A stretch of 63,972 nt of DNA, the filler included, from Craspedostauros australis (taxonomy: Eukaryota), in assembly GCA_030167865.1 (NCBI GenBank). It is 7 parts of 7 records of this genome, joined end to end, with 100 filler letters (N's around TTAATTAATTAA, not from the genome) between each part and the next. Parts side by side here need not be neighbours in the genome. Positions count along the whole stretch, not along the records: positions 62,834 to 63,972 come from JALAGF010004703.1; 6 more parts are not named here. The stretch is one strand, 5' to 3'. Positions 62,734 through 63,972 of this stretch are shown here, piece after piece; the first letter of the stretch is position 1; every line of letters starts with the position of its first letter. The notes beneath the pieces are model-generated. The model did not search any database and was not told the origin of the DNA. It was given only the letters and a program-made list of their open reading frames with translations. The position numbers and the translations under genes were made by a program.

Positions 62734-62833
62734 NNNNNNNNNNNNNNNNNNNNNNNNNNNNNNNNNNNNNNNNNNNNTTAATTAATTAANNNNNNNNNNN
62801 NNNNNNNNNNNNNNNNNNNNNNNNNNNNNNNNN

Positions 62834-63972
62834 TTTAGATGAACTTCAACTCTCCCTCTCAGTGTTGAGTCGCAGTGAGATCATGACATCGGTGAAAACT
62901 TCATCCGTGGTTGATGTTTGAATGCCTCTCTTACCATCCCATGATTTGGAATCGCAAGTATCGGAAGGTCTGGACAATTGATCCCTTGGTGAAGACATCG
63001 GCCAGCTGCTCGCCTGTCGGGATGTGTTGTACACAGATGAACCCAGCCTTGACCCAATACCAGAAGAAGTGCCACTTGGTAAGGAAGTGTTTGGTTCGAG
63101 CCGTGGGTTGGTGATTGGTGGCGAGTGAGATGCATGCTTCGTTGTCTTCGAAAACAGTGCACTGAAGGTTTGTGTGCAAGGGCATGTCTGTGCCAGCGTT
63201 GTCGATGACCTGGCGGATGAGTTGTTGAATCGGAATGAGGGTGCGCATTGCGAGGGAAAGCGCAGCATACTCAGCTTCCATTGTTGAGAGCGCGATCTCC
63301 GTTTGAAGCTTGGACTTCCAGATGAGCGGACATCCTCCTAGTTTGATGAGGTATCCGGTACGCGACTTGACCGCTGTGCGATCCTGGTCGGGCTCTTGTC
63401 TGTAGAGCCCTGCGAAGTCGGAGTCAACGAAGCACGTGAGGTCCAGTTGTCCAGTCGGGCGTATGATGGTGCCCTTGTCCTGCGTAGCCTTCAAGTATCG
63501 CATAATTCGCTTAATCGCTTTTGCGTGTGAGCGACGAGGGTCGCTTCCGAAGCGAGCGACTTGGGAGACAGCGAATGCGAGGTCTGGACGTGTGTTGGTA
63601 GTAAGGTAGAGTAGCATGCCCACCACTGAGCGGTAGTTCCAATTTTCATCCATGGGTGGCTCATGCTCGTTCCTGCCAAGTGCGGTTTGGGCCGCGGGTG
63701 TGTCAGCTCCGCCGCATTCCATCATGCCTGTCGCCGCGAGCACCTTTTGAATGAGCCCTGGCTGCCGCAAGTGGATGTAGTCGGCTTGTGGGTCACGGTT
63801 GACTTCAATGCCGAGGAACTCGTTGAAGCTTCCTTCTTGGGTGAGTTCGAATCCTCGGTTTCGCATTGAGCGGATGAAGTCGTCTGCAAATTTCTTGGTC
63901 TTGGATGCGATGCCGGCGTCATCGACGTAGAGCACTATCATGATGCCTTCGCGGATGAAGAGGCACTGCTCC
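62834..63972 (-). mobile_element. Ty1/Copia retrotransposon: RT C-terminal half and RNase H (stop at 62931-62933), PPT and start of the 3' LTR
   Basis: Uninterrupted ORF with YVDD, RPDLAFAV, DSDFAG, SKLQTEIALSTMEAEY, EDN, RTKH, QLADVFTK and IMGW*. PPT GAGAGGGAG at 62860-62852, then AGTTGAAGTTCA from 62851. Confidence 0.96.

Overview
Eukaryotic nuclear DNA, almost certainly from a diatom or a close photosynthetic stramenopile. Evidence: an LHC gene with a bipartite ASAF-type plastid presequence, GT-AG introns, HA-domain, RNI-like and 'RGLE' proteins typical of diatoms, and Copia elements. The window is not one continuous locus. Six identical 100-nt artificial linkers (44 N + TTAATTAATTAA + 44 N) join seven pieces: 1-18528, 18629-50206, 50307-53508, 53609-58728, 58829-60457, 60558-62733 and 62834-63972. 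Recognisable genes are an Lhcr-type antenna protein, adenylosuccinate synthetase with a mitochondrial-looking leader, a neuroglobin-like globin with the B12.2 intron, two inverted CRAL-TRIO paralogs, an RNI-like LRR protein, an FAD-monooxygenase pseudogene, an HA-domain protein, a GT-A-like membrane protein with an in-frame TAG, an HMG-box protein, two secreted proteins and several unknowns. Two signals stand out. First, Copia LTRs with non-canonical AGTT...AACT termini, seen three times and anchored by a 5-bp target-site duplication (TSD) and two polypurine tracts (PPTs). Second, a tandem pair of large disordered paralogs sharing a CxxC-x6-H-x-C zinc knuckle and an unrecognised C-terminal helical domain ending LGxxC. 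Gene models were built by eye from splice signals and frame arithmetic, and no database searches were run.
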